Source of the DNA: an uncultured Alphaproteobacteria bacterium
GTDB lineage: Bacteria > Electryoneota > RPQS01
Assembly: GCA_964370805.1 (NCBI GenBank)
Contig: CAYJKM010000002.1
Location: forward strand, 1,599 to 65,598
Reading direction: 5' to 3'
Length of the DNA stretch: 64,000 nt
In this document: positions 56,632 to 64,000 of the stretch, in pieces
Layout of the letters: every line of letters starts with the position of its first letter
How positions within the stretch are numbered: position 1 is the stretch's first letter
Program-made: the position numbers and the translations under genes
The notes under the pieces: model-generated
What the model was told of the DNA's origin: nothing
Seen by the model: the letters and a program-made list of their open reading frames with translations, nothing else
Databases searched by the model: none

Positions 56632-59118
56632 ATGGCCGATGCCAGACCCGGTTCCGGCGATGACAAGACCCGGCAAGTAACAGGGACATCTGCAGACGAA
56701 AGGCGGATGACGATCGATGCCGCTCGTCACACTCGCGAGGTCGGTGGCGGCCGCGCCGGTGCGCTCACAGTTCAGGTTGCCGGGTCCGGCGCTGCCCGGC
56801 GCGGCAAGTTGCTGGAGTACCGCAGCGGCGATGTCATTGACGGCAAGTATAAAATCTGGGAGACCGTGCGGTTTCACGATGCCGTCCATGCCGGGATTTA
56901 TTTCTGCACCGTTCAAGCGGGTGAGCTTGCAGGGCGGCGCGTCGTCTTGAAAGTGCATGGCCGCGACCGCGCTCCCGATCCGCAGCTGCTCGAGCGCGTG
57001 CAACGGCTCGCCGTGGACGACATCGTGCGAGTTTACGATGCCTTCGAATTGGAAGGCAACGTCGCGGAATTGATTGAGTATTGCGAAGGTGGGCCGGTGT
57101 CTCATTATGCGGCTGATTCGCCGCAGGTGCGCGGCCTGTCTGGCGATTTGCCCTGTGAGCCGCTGACGGAGGGACGAATCATCGAGGAAATCGTGCCGGA
57201 AGTCAACAATGCATTGGGGCTGCTGCACGAAGCCGGAATCGTTCATCGCGACATCAAACCGGATAACATTTTCTTTCGGCGTTTCGAGACCGTGAATGGG
57301 CGGCGCCGGGGCCGTGACGTCGTGATCGGCGATTTTGACATTTCCTACGCGCTCGGTGAAGACACAACGTCGCGCATCACGAGTTTAGGCGCCTTCACCG
57401 ACAAGTACTTGCCGCCCGAAAGTTTCATCCACTACTTCACTCCGGACGGAAAATCCGCGGGCTGGCGCGTGAGTCGCGAAATGGACTACTATGCGCTCGG
57501 AATCACCATTCTGGAACTGCTGGGCATCCCGATTTTTCGCGGCATGGATTACAATTCCATCGCAAAGTTCTACACCAGTGAACGACTGACGATTCCCCAA
57601 CAGTTTTCGCAGCGCTTGCGCGTGTTGCTGCAGGCCCTGTTGCTGCGCGATTATCGGCGGCGCTGGACCGCCAAACAAGTGGCACTGTGGGCGCGCGGAG
57701 AACTTAACGAAGCTCCGGCCGAGACCTGGGTGCCGATGGAGCAGGGACTCAAGCCGCGCCGGTATCAGGGCCGTGATTGCAGAACGTTTGCCGACATGGC
57801 GGCGGTGATGGACACGAATCCCGATGCGGCCATCAAAGACTTGATGGAGCAGGCGTGGGTCGAGGGTTGGGTCGCAGATGTGGACATGGATCGCGCGGCA
57901 CAGATCCGTGACGCTAAAGAGCGCTTTCGACATCAGCCGCCCTTGGTGCTGCTGGCCACGCGCTTGATTCTGGATCCGTTGACGCCCTTGGCGCTCACCG
58001 GCGGAAAGTCGGTTTCGTCGCCACCGGAGTTCTCGGCATTCGCGGGAGAAGGCCGCTGGTCCGGTACTCCCTGGCAGGCCGCCTTTGAAGCCTTTGAAAG
58101 CGGACGTCTGGAAGTCTGGCTGGAGTACAGTGCGAATGGTTCGCCGGAATTGGCACGACGCATCCGCGAACTGCGCAAGCAGTCGCGCGACCACCATCAC
58201 CTGCTTGAAGAAGCGCTGTACATTTGTTATCCACATCGGCCATACTTCTTCCAACCCGGCCGTCCGGCGGAGACCCCGGAACAATTAGCCGAACTGATCT
58301 TGGGCTCGGAGTCCGATTGGTCACGGTCCGGCAACGACCTGCCCGCGTGCTATCAGGAAGGACTGAAGCAAGTCAAAGAGGGTCGGCCGCTGGGCTGGTT
58401 GCGCGTGAACTATCATCATCTGCACGAGCAATACGCGCAGTTACTCAGCGCTTCCGAGGATGAGATCCTGCTGCTCGAATCGTTTCTCCGTCAATGCAAG
58501 CCGGACTTGCCGCTGCTCGACATTACGTTGACTCTACCAACTGCCGTATCCGGCGAGTGGTCCGTCGCTCATGGCCGCGAAGATGAGCAGCTCATTGCGT
58601 GCCGCACCTCGGGACGCGGCGTTCCGGCGGTTTCGCTGACTCTGGAGCATCCGGACACCGTGTTGCTTGCGGAAACGGTTTCGATTCGGGAACGGCAAGC
58701 GCAGATCCGGCTGCGCGTTAACGCCCGGCACAACGACGTGAAAGCAAACTACACGGCTCGTAATCAGCTTCACTTTGCGTCTGTCAATTGCCGCATTGAC
58801 GGACAGGCTGCGCCGTTCGCGCTTCCGCTGCGTTATCGTGTCACCTACCCATTTTTGAAGTCTCTGGCTGTGCTGGTGACGTGGGCCGCCGGCGGTGCGG
58901 CGGCGCTGGGATTGCTGCGGCTGATGATCACCGGCATTTCCGGACCCGGTTGGCTGTTTGAAGACAAGTCGCGTCTGCTCGATATCGATAAACTGTACGA
59001 CACGATCTACGGCGAAGCCTTCGTCGGAGTGCAGATTGAGTACTTCTTCTACCTGATTCTGCTCACGGCCATGGTGTATATGTTCATTCGAGTTCGGCGG
59101 CGACTGGTCAAGACATAG
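56632..59118 (+). CDS. Hanks-type Ser/Thr protein kinase with large C-terminal region and two C-terminal TM helices
   Basis: 828 aa. VVLKV (VAIK-like), HRDIKPDNIFF catalytic loop, IGDFDISYAL (a DFD variant), and APE-like region. The C-terminus has hydrophobic helices (AVLVTWAAGGAAALGLL / YFFYLILLTAMVYMFI). Confidence 0.7.
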   Translation: MADARPGSGDDKTRQVTGTSADERRMTIDAARHTREVGGGRAGALTVQVAGSGAARRGKLLEYRSGDVIDGKYKIWETVRFHDAVHAGIYFCTVQAGELAGRRVVLKVHGRDRAPDPQLLERVQRLAVDDIVRVYDAFELEGNVAELIEYCEGGPVSHYAADSPQVRGLSGDLPCEPLTEGRIIEEIVPEVNNALGLLHEAGIVHRDIKPDNIFFRRFETVNGRRRGRDVVIGDFDISYALGEDTTSRITSLGAFTDKYLPPESFIHYFTPDGKSAGWRVSREMDYYALGITILELLGIPIFRGMDYNSIAKFYTSERLTIPQQFSQRLRVLLQALLLRDYRRRWTAKQVALWARGELNEAPAETWVPMEQGLKPRRYQGRDCRTFADMAAVMDTNPDAAIKDLMEQAWVEGWVADVDMDRAAQIRDAKERFRHQPPLVLLATRLILDPLTPLALTGGKSVSSPPEFSAFAGEGRWSGTPWQAAFEAFESGRLEVWLEYSANGSPELARRIRELRKQSRDHHHLLEEALYICYPHRPYFFQPGRPAETPEQLAELILGSESDWSRSGNDLPACYQEGLKQVKEGRPLGWLRVNYHHLHEQYAQLLSASEDEILLLESFLRQCKPDLPLLDITLTLPTAVSGEWSVAHGREDEQLIACRTSGRGVPAVSLTLEHPDTVLLAETVSIRERQAQIRLRVNARHNDVKANYTARNQLHFASVNCRIDGQAAPFALPLRYRVTYPFLKSLAVLVTWAAGGAAALGLLRLMITGISGPGWLFEDKSRLLDIDKLYDTIYGEAFVGVQIEYFFYLILLTAMVYMFIRVRRRLVKT

Positions 59119-59126
59119 CCCTGCCG

Positions 59127-60026
59127 ATGCAGCCCTGGTTCTGGTTAGAATGTTATGTGCAAGGGTTTCGCCTGGCGCTGCGGACGCCGACCTTTCCGCT
59201 GATTGCTGTGATCTCCGTCGTTACGGGCAAGTACGGCGAGGAGCGAATTCTGGGGGCGCTGGCGCAACAACAACTGTCCTTTGCCGGGATGAGCTGGGTG
59301 GAGATTGTGCGCTGGATCCAGCACCCGCCGCCGGCCGTCGTCGCGCAGCTGGCGCCGCTGCTCGTTCTGGGGCTGGGTTTGATGCTCGTGGCCGGCGGGA
59401 ATAATCTGGGTCTCATGGGAATCATCCGCGATTATCTGGTACGGCGGGTGTATCGTTTGCGCGACGTGGCAAGCTGGGCCGTGCGAGTGCTCGTGCCGGT
59501 GTTGCTTTACCGCGTGTGGCTCGCAGTGTTTCTGACGGTCGCCGCCCTGCTTTGCTTGGCGCTGTTTGCGGGTGTCTATTTCGCCAGCGGTCGCCATGCA
59601 TGGACGGTTTGGCTGGCCGCCACCCTCCCCGCTGCGGCGGTTTTGGTTGCTTATCGTATCTACGTTTCCATGGGATCAAAAGCGGTGATCGTCCTCGGCA
59701 TCCATCGGCCGCAAATGCTGCTCCGAATTTGCTCGCGGCTGACATCCGCCTATCCTGCGCAAGTCATTCCCTTCTACGCAAGTATGTGGCTGCTGTTTGC
59801 AATCGTGGCCGCGGCCGGATACGTGTCCGTGCGCTATTGGCATCTTCCGCTCTGGGTGATCTGGTCGGTCGTGATCACCGCGGGAGCGCTTGGCACTGCT
59901 GCGCTGAAATCGGCCGGTCTGCTTTTCTTCATGAAGTTGTGCGAGGATTCCCCCCATCTCGTCGCGGACGTGCCGCCGGCATCGGCTCGTCCGGCGTCCG
60001 CATCTCCACTCGACCCGGTCTCCTGA
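59127..60026 (+). CDS. Polytopic membrane protein, hypothetical
   Basis: 299 aa with 6 or more predicted TM helices. No motif recognised. Confidence 0.4.
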   Translation: MQPWFWLECYVQGFRLALRTPTFPLIAVISVVTGKYGEERILGALAQQQLSFAGMSWVEIVRWIQHPPPAVVAQLAPLLVLGLGLMLVAGGNNLGLMGIIRDYLVRRVYRLRDVASWAVRVLVPVLLYRVWLAVFLTVAALLCLALFAGVYFASGRHAWTVWLAATLPAAAVLVAYRIYVSMGSKAVIVLGIHRPQMLLRICSRLTSAYPAQVIPFYASMWLLFAIVAAAGYVSVRYWHLPLWVIWSVVITAGALGTAALKSAGLLFFMKLCEDSPHLVADVPPASARPASASPLDPVS

Positions 60027-60049
60027 CCGCTGTTATCAGCAGGTGAATT

Positions 60050-61930
60050 ATGGAAGATTGTCTCGGCTCGGGATTTGGCGTAGTGATTGTCATTGGCTTA
60101 GTCATTGCCGCAATCTACTGGGCGGTTAAGCTGCTGCTCATGTTGCTGGCCGGCATCTGGGCGGTCATCATTGCCATTTCGGTTAACTTGGTGTCGGGTG
60201 TAGACTGGGTGCTGTGTCTCGCCAGCGGCATGCATCCGGCTGTCGCCTGGGCACTTGTTGGCGCTGCTGTCGCTCTGATCTGGGGTATTCGCGAGGCCTT
60301 TCGCATCTATCATTTCAAGCAATGGCTGCCGGTGCTTGCGTTCGTACCGCTGGTCGTTGTCGTTCTGGTTCGCTTCGCCGTCGGCGTGACGGTGCCGGCT
60401 GATCGCGCGGGCGTGCTGCTCGAAAAGGGTGAGTACGAACAGCTGATCGCGCAATTCGGTTCGGACTCAAGCGCGGCCCGATCCGTTCGCACGGCGCGAG
60501 ACACGCTGGCCGCGCGCCTGTTCGCCGCCGGAGAATATCAGAAAATTGTCGAAGCGTGGGCAGGCACCAGTGTGGCTCCGGCGGCACGAGACTGTGTCGC
60601 GACGCGGCTGCTGCGTGCGGGAAACCTGACGGAAGCGGCGGCCAAGTTTGCCGACACTCCGTCCGGGGCCACGGCCAGAAACCGGATCGCGGATGATCAT
60701 CTCAAGCGCGGCAACGTTGACCTGGTCCTGCGCGAGTATATGCAAACCCCTGCCGGCGCCAAGGCCGTACAGAGTGTTCGGCGTTTGTTTCGACCCGGCA
60801 GCGTATGGGAAGGCCGCATCGCTTACGATCCTCAGTTCAAGCGGCCCGGAGAGCAGTTACATATCAAGATCACCTCGGCTAAGGGACTCAGTTTTACTGG
60901 GGTGAGTTCTTACGGCAATAGCGGCAATTACACGTGCAGCGTAAACTTCAGCGGCAGTTTCAAAGACAGCAACCACTTCATTTTTGTCAATAACCAGCGC
61001 GTAACGGGCAACTGCATGATTCCTTGCACATACGATGGATCGGCCTTGGCGTCTTCCCTTAACGGCCGATGGAGCTGTCCGTCGTTTTCAGGTACGTTCG
61101 AACTGATGCTGCGCAAAGGACAAAAAGCCGAAGCTGAGGGAGCCCTGATATCCTCGGACTCGACGGTCTCAGGCCAGCAGGCAAGCGTGTTGGACAGCGC
61201 CGCGACCGGGGAGCAGGAAAGTGGTGCAACTCAGGAAGCCGCGGCGGGCAACAACGTATTGGTGCTTGGCGGCAGCGGATCTTATGTCTCCATCCCACAC
61301 ATCTCTCCCTACGATTTGCGTTCGTCCATGACGATTGAGGCTTGGGTGTACCTGAAGAGTTATGGGGACTGGCGAGGAGTGGTCACAAAAGGCACGCAAT
61401 GGGGTGTGTATTCGATGCGGCTGGCAAAACACCGCATCAACTTCTATCTTAATGACGGTCGGTCTGATCGCTGTTCCGCCTCGTCAAATCGCGAGATTCC
61501 TCTCAAGCAGTGGCACCATTGGGCGGTGACATACGATCAAGGAGCTATGAAGGTTTACGTAGACGGGGAATTGGACGGCAGTGTCACCTGCACAAAACCA
61601 ATCCACAATAACAGCGAAGCGCTGATCCTGGGAGCAGACTTGCCCGAAGGCGACGAGTATCTGCACGGCGAAATTGACGACGTTTGCTTGTGGTCCGTCG
61701 TTCGCTCGGCAGAGGAAATCAAGCAGGACATGACCGGGATGCCGACGGGATCGAACAAGAATGTGGTAGGATTATGGCGCTTCGACGATGACACCGACTC
61801 AGGGGTGGCCGTAGATGGCTCGCGCTTCAAAAATATTGGCAGGGGGCATCGGGCTCAGATCACAGCCCCGCAAGCGACTCGACCGGTCAATCTCCGCGCT
61901 GCCAATCCAATTACATCCCCGACCAAATAG
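60050..61930 (+). CDS. Membrane protein with helical (TPR-like) region and C-terminal LamG-like (concanavalin-A-like lectin) jellyroll domain
   Basis: 626 aa. Three to four N-terminal TM helices. The C-terminal segment SMTIEAWVYLKS...WHHWAVTYDQGAMKVYVDGELDGS...GEIDDVCLWS matches the Laminin_G_3 pattern. Confidence 0.55.
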   Translation: MEDCLGSGFGVVIVIGLVIAAIYWAVKLLLMLLAGIWAVIIAISVNLVSGVDWVLCLASGMHPAVAWALVGAAVALIWGIREAFRIYHFKQWLPVLAFVPLVVVVLVRFAVGVTVPADRAGVLLEKGEYEQLIAQFGSDSSAARSVRTARDTLAARLFAAGEYQKIVEAWAGTSVAPAARDCVATRLLRAGNLTEAAAKFADTPSGATARNRIADDHLKRGNVDLVLREYMQTPAGAKAVQSVRRLFRPGSVWEGRIAYDPQFKRPGEQLHIKITSAKGLSFTGVSSYGNSGNYTCSVNFSGSFKDSNHFIFVNNQRVTGNCMIPCTYDGSALASSLNGRWSCPSFSGTFELMLRKGQKAEAEGALISSDSTVSGQQASVLDSAATGEQESGATQEAAAGNNVLVLGGSGSYVSIPHISPYDLRSSMTIEAWVYLKSYGDWRGVVTKGTQWGVYSMRLAKHRINFYLNDGRSDRCSASSNREIPLKQWHHWAVTYDQGAMKVYVDGELDGSVTCTKPIHNNSEALILGADLPEGDEYLHGEIDDVCLWSVVRSAEEIKQDMTGMPTGSNKNVVGLWRFDDDTDSGVAVDGSRFKNIGRGHRAQITAPQATRPVNLRAANPITSPTK

Positions 61931-62015
61931 ACGTGACAAAAGGTCATAGACGATTGTCCACAACCACATTTGGCGTCGTTGGCCATGAAGCATTGATGAT
62001 GAGATTTTGGCGTAA

Positions 62016-62045
62016 GTGCAGTCGGAAGGTCCGGCTGCACTTTTT
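62016..62045 (+). terminator. Rho-independent terminator after the LamG-domain gene
   Basis: GTGCAGTCGGA-AGG-TCCGGCTGCAC (11-bp stem including one G-U pair, 3-nt loop) followed by TTTTT at 62041-62045. Confidence 0.6.
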
Positions 62046-62140
62046 GTGCACGTGCCGGCAGAGACACGATTGCTTTCAAAACCGGCTGGCTACGTATGTC
62101 AAGCTTGTTCGAAGGCACGATTGAACTCAAGTTCACGCCG

Positions 62141-64000
62141 ATGAAGCGCACCAACCGGCATTGGAAGTGTATCGCCGGTTCGCTCCTGATGCTGGCCATT
62201 CTTGCTCTGACCGGATGCATGTCGGCTCCCGAACCGTACCTGTTGGAAAGAACGACGTCCGGCGGCGGGGATAACGATGTCACCTCATCAGCTTCATGCT
62301 TCGACCCGTCGCGTTCGGGTTGGGACTGGATGCTGCATTCTGTGAGTGTTCCACCGCGCGCCGCAAAGGGTTGGGTCAGCCATGTCCTCGTGATTGACTC
62401 TTCCGGCGGTCTGTTCCACCAGTTGAACTTTGACGCCGCGCTGGGTTGGGCAAGCGGCCAGGACGTCACCGGCGATGATCTTCCTGATATCCTTGTGGCG
62501 TCGCACACGGACAGCGTTTGCGGCATTTCCGCCTTTCGCTGGCCGGATCTTGAATTCGTCGGCCGCATCGAGATTAATTCGAGTCAATTCCCGCCCGCCC
62601 CCGGCAGGAAATGGGATGCGCAGCTTGCTCTGCTCGGACGAGTGCCAAGTATTTCAGACGACAGCGACTTGCTCCTGTCGGTCAAGTCAGGCTCGGGTTT
62701 AACGCCGCGAGGCCTGATGCGGGCGAATGTCATCAGTGGAGAAATCTGTTGGTACCAAGAGACGGCGGTCTATGTGGAGTCTTCTGTCATTGTCCCGGTC
62801 TCTGCCGATTCAACTTCGCTGCTGATTGTGGGAAATTATGCTCCCACCAACGGGGCTGTCTGCGGACAACTCAACGATGCTACCGCTTATCTGCGGGCCA
62901 TGTCATGGGATGGCGCCGAACGGTGGCTCTGGTCGAGGGCAGAGGCGTTCGCAGGCTACCAATTCGTGGAGTGTCGTTCCCCGGAACCGTCTTTTCGAGG
63001 AGCGCCGTTCATCCAAGTCCTGTCCTCCACGAATCACATCGCGGGCGCAACGCAGCTAATGACCGTAGCCGCCGCGACCGGAACCGTAATCTCGCAGACC
63101 GACCTGGCGCAGCCTGTTACTGACAATCGCATCTTTCCGTGGCTTTCCCGTGACCATAACGCAAACACGTGCGTGTTCCTCATCAAGGATTCGACCGTGG
63201 CCTTCGCAAATGCGCAATCACGCACTACGGCCACGGCCCTGAGAGCAAATCGAATCCTCTCGACCGATGATTTGAATCAGGATGGCAGCAGCGAACTGGT
63301 CGTCGCGAACGATGAGTCTGTTTCCATCCTTGACCATGAGTTGCGCGTGCTGGCAGTGCTTCCCGAAAGTCTGAAGGGAAACCATCTGCTGCTGCAAAGG
63401 CGCTCCCGAGAGTGGGGCTTGCTTTGGAGCATCGACCGTTCAGCCTTACATCGCTACCGGATGCTGGCGAACCCGGCTTATCCGAATTGGCGTGTGCGGC
63501 GCGCGCTCACAATCATGATCGCAGGGGTGCTCGTCGTGGCGGGCCTGCTGGCGGCCTGGCGTGGAATCCTGTGGATCGTCGCGCTGCGCCGAGCGGAGCA
63601 GCGCGCGAAAAAGGAGCTGACGCAAATCAAAGCCATTGAGTCGGTCGTGCGGGACATCGGCCACAACATGAAGAACACGCTCGCTCGCGCGCGAAATCTG
63701 GTCTGGAACATGCGTGCCGAAGTTGGCCAATCCGCGGCTGTGTTGTCCCCGCAGGTGGAAGCCTATTTTAACGATCTTGATCTGTACAACGAAGCGCTGG
63801 CCGATGCCGCCTTGCGGATCGAGAAATACGCCGGGCTGACTCCCCTGACTCGACAAGCGACCCGCATCGGGCCGCTCATCAACGAGGTGGTAACGACACG
63901 CTCAGTGCCGCCCAATATTACGGTTGTCTGCAACATCGATGACAACCTGCCGGCGATTATGGTGGACAGAAAACAATTTCGCTGGGTGATGCACAATTTG
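62141..64000 (+). CDS. Sensor histidine kinase, lipoprotein-anchored periplasmic domain with FG-GAP/VCBS-like repeats (5' partial: runs off window end)
   Basis: Hand translation of frame 2 from the ATG at 62141 is open to position 64000. It is absent from the ORF track because it has no stop in the window. Lipobox LALTGC. Periplasmic DxNxDG-type repeats (DLNQDGSSELVV, TGDDLPDILV). TM helix ALTIMIAGVLVVAGLLAAW. HisKA-like DIGHNMKNTLA and the start of an N-box (QFRWVMHNL). Confidence 0.55.
   Translation, partial: MKRTNRHWKCIAGSLLMLAILALTGCMSAPEPYLLERTTSGGGDNDVTSSASCFDPSRSGWDWMLHSVSVPPRAAKGWVSHVLVIDSSGGLFHQLNFDAALGWASGQDVTGDDLPDILVASHTDSVCGISAFRWPDLEFVGRIEINSSQFPPAPGRKWDAQLALLGRVPSISDDSDLLLSVKSGSGLTPRGLMRANVISGEICWYQETAVYVESSVIVPVSADSTSLLIVGNYAPTNGAVCGQLNDATAYLRAMSWDGAERWLWSRAEAFAGYQFVECRSPEPSFRGAPFIQVLSSTNHIAGATQLMTVAAATGTVISQTDLAQPVTDNRIFPWLSRDHNANTCVFLIKDSTVAFANAQSRTTATALRANRILSTDDLNQDGSSELVVANDESVSILDHELRVLAVLPESLKGNHLLLQRRSREWGLLWSIDRSALHRYRMLANPAYPNWRVRRALTIMIAGVLVVAGLLAAWRGILWIVALRRAEQRAKKELTQIKAIESVVRDIGHNMKNTLARARNLVWNMRAEVGQSAAVLSPQVEAYFNDLDLYNEALADAALRIEKYAGLTPLTRQATRIGPLINEVVTTRSVPPNITVVCNIDDNLPAIMVDRKQFRWVMHNL

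Noticed and set aside
62611-63123. Listed + ORFs 62611-63123 (170 aa), 62826-63059 (77 aa) and 62430-62702 (90 aa)
   Set aside because: They are Cys- or Arg-rich with no domain signal and overlap, in other frames, the long open frame-2 histidine-kinase ORF that has clear lipobox, TM and HisKA features.
1-64000. CRISPR arrays, IS elements, transposases, integrases, rRNA genes
   Set aside because: No short direct repeats with regular spacers were seen. No DDE/serine/tyrosine recombinase motifs were seen among the ORFs. No rRNA-like conserved stretches were seen.

Overview
This 64 kb, high-GC (about 60-65%) bacterial chromosomal window carries every convincing gene on the + strand. Many start/stop overlaps of the ATGA or GTGA type point to long translationally coupled operons.

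The left 26 kb looks like an anaerobic aromatic-acid (benzoyl-CoA pathway) catabolic super-operon. It encodes XdhC- and MocA-type molybdenum cofactor maturation proteins. It encodes a four-subunit class I ATP-dependent benzoyl-CoA reductase-like enzyme (two HgdAB-like subunits plus two BadF/BadG/BcrA/BcrD ATPases, order CBAD), an acyl-CoA ligase, and a lone HgdB-like protein with its own activase and a ketopantoate-reductase-like gene. It encodes the modified beta-oxidation set of the Thauera type: a Zn-alcohol dehydrogenase (Had-like), a ring hydrolase (Oah/BamA-like), a 258-aa dienoyl-CoA hydratase (Dch-like) and a short-chain dehydrogenase. It encodes a three-subunit 4-hydroxybenzoyl-CoA reductase-like molybdoenzyme (HcrCAB order) whose beta subunit carries the diagnostic extra 4-Cys loop, a thiolase and a fused 3-hydroxyacyl-CoA dehydrogenase/enoyl-CoA hydratase. 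It ends with MoaA, a MoaC-MoaB fusion, MoeA, a MOSC protein and a TauE/SafE permease.

An AT-rich gap of about 950 bp with no ORF (26281-27233) ends in a strong terminator-like hairpin. After it, the remaining roughly 35 kb (27234 to about 62045) is a densely packed island of unusual proteins with no integrase or transposase. I interpret this island as a candidate undescribed multi-component conflict/defence-type system. It contains a SLOG-like domain fused to a two-helix membrane (SLATT-like) effector. It contains an 803-aa RelA/SpoT-type nucleotide synthetase fused to TPR, a second SLOG-like domain and a RyR domain. It contains a non-housekeeping Hsp70/GrpE-like/J-like chaperone triad, operonically fused to a pseudokinase-like protein, several TPR and membrane proteins, a TIR domain fused to a beta-propeller, and a 1025-aa helical protein. 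A second module holds a HerA/FtsK-like ATPase, an HExxH protein, a coiled-coil membrane protein, a ClpB-D2-like AAA+ protein with a novel N-terminus, an orphan NrdG-like radical-SAM activase, an FHA/PP2C/Ser-Thr kinase triad, and membrane and LamG proteins.

A sensor histidine kinase gene opens at 62141 and runs off the window end. It is absent from the supplied ORF track because it has no stop codon inside the window. No rRNA, tRNA, CRISPR array or IS element was recognised.
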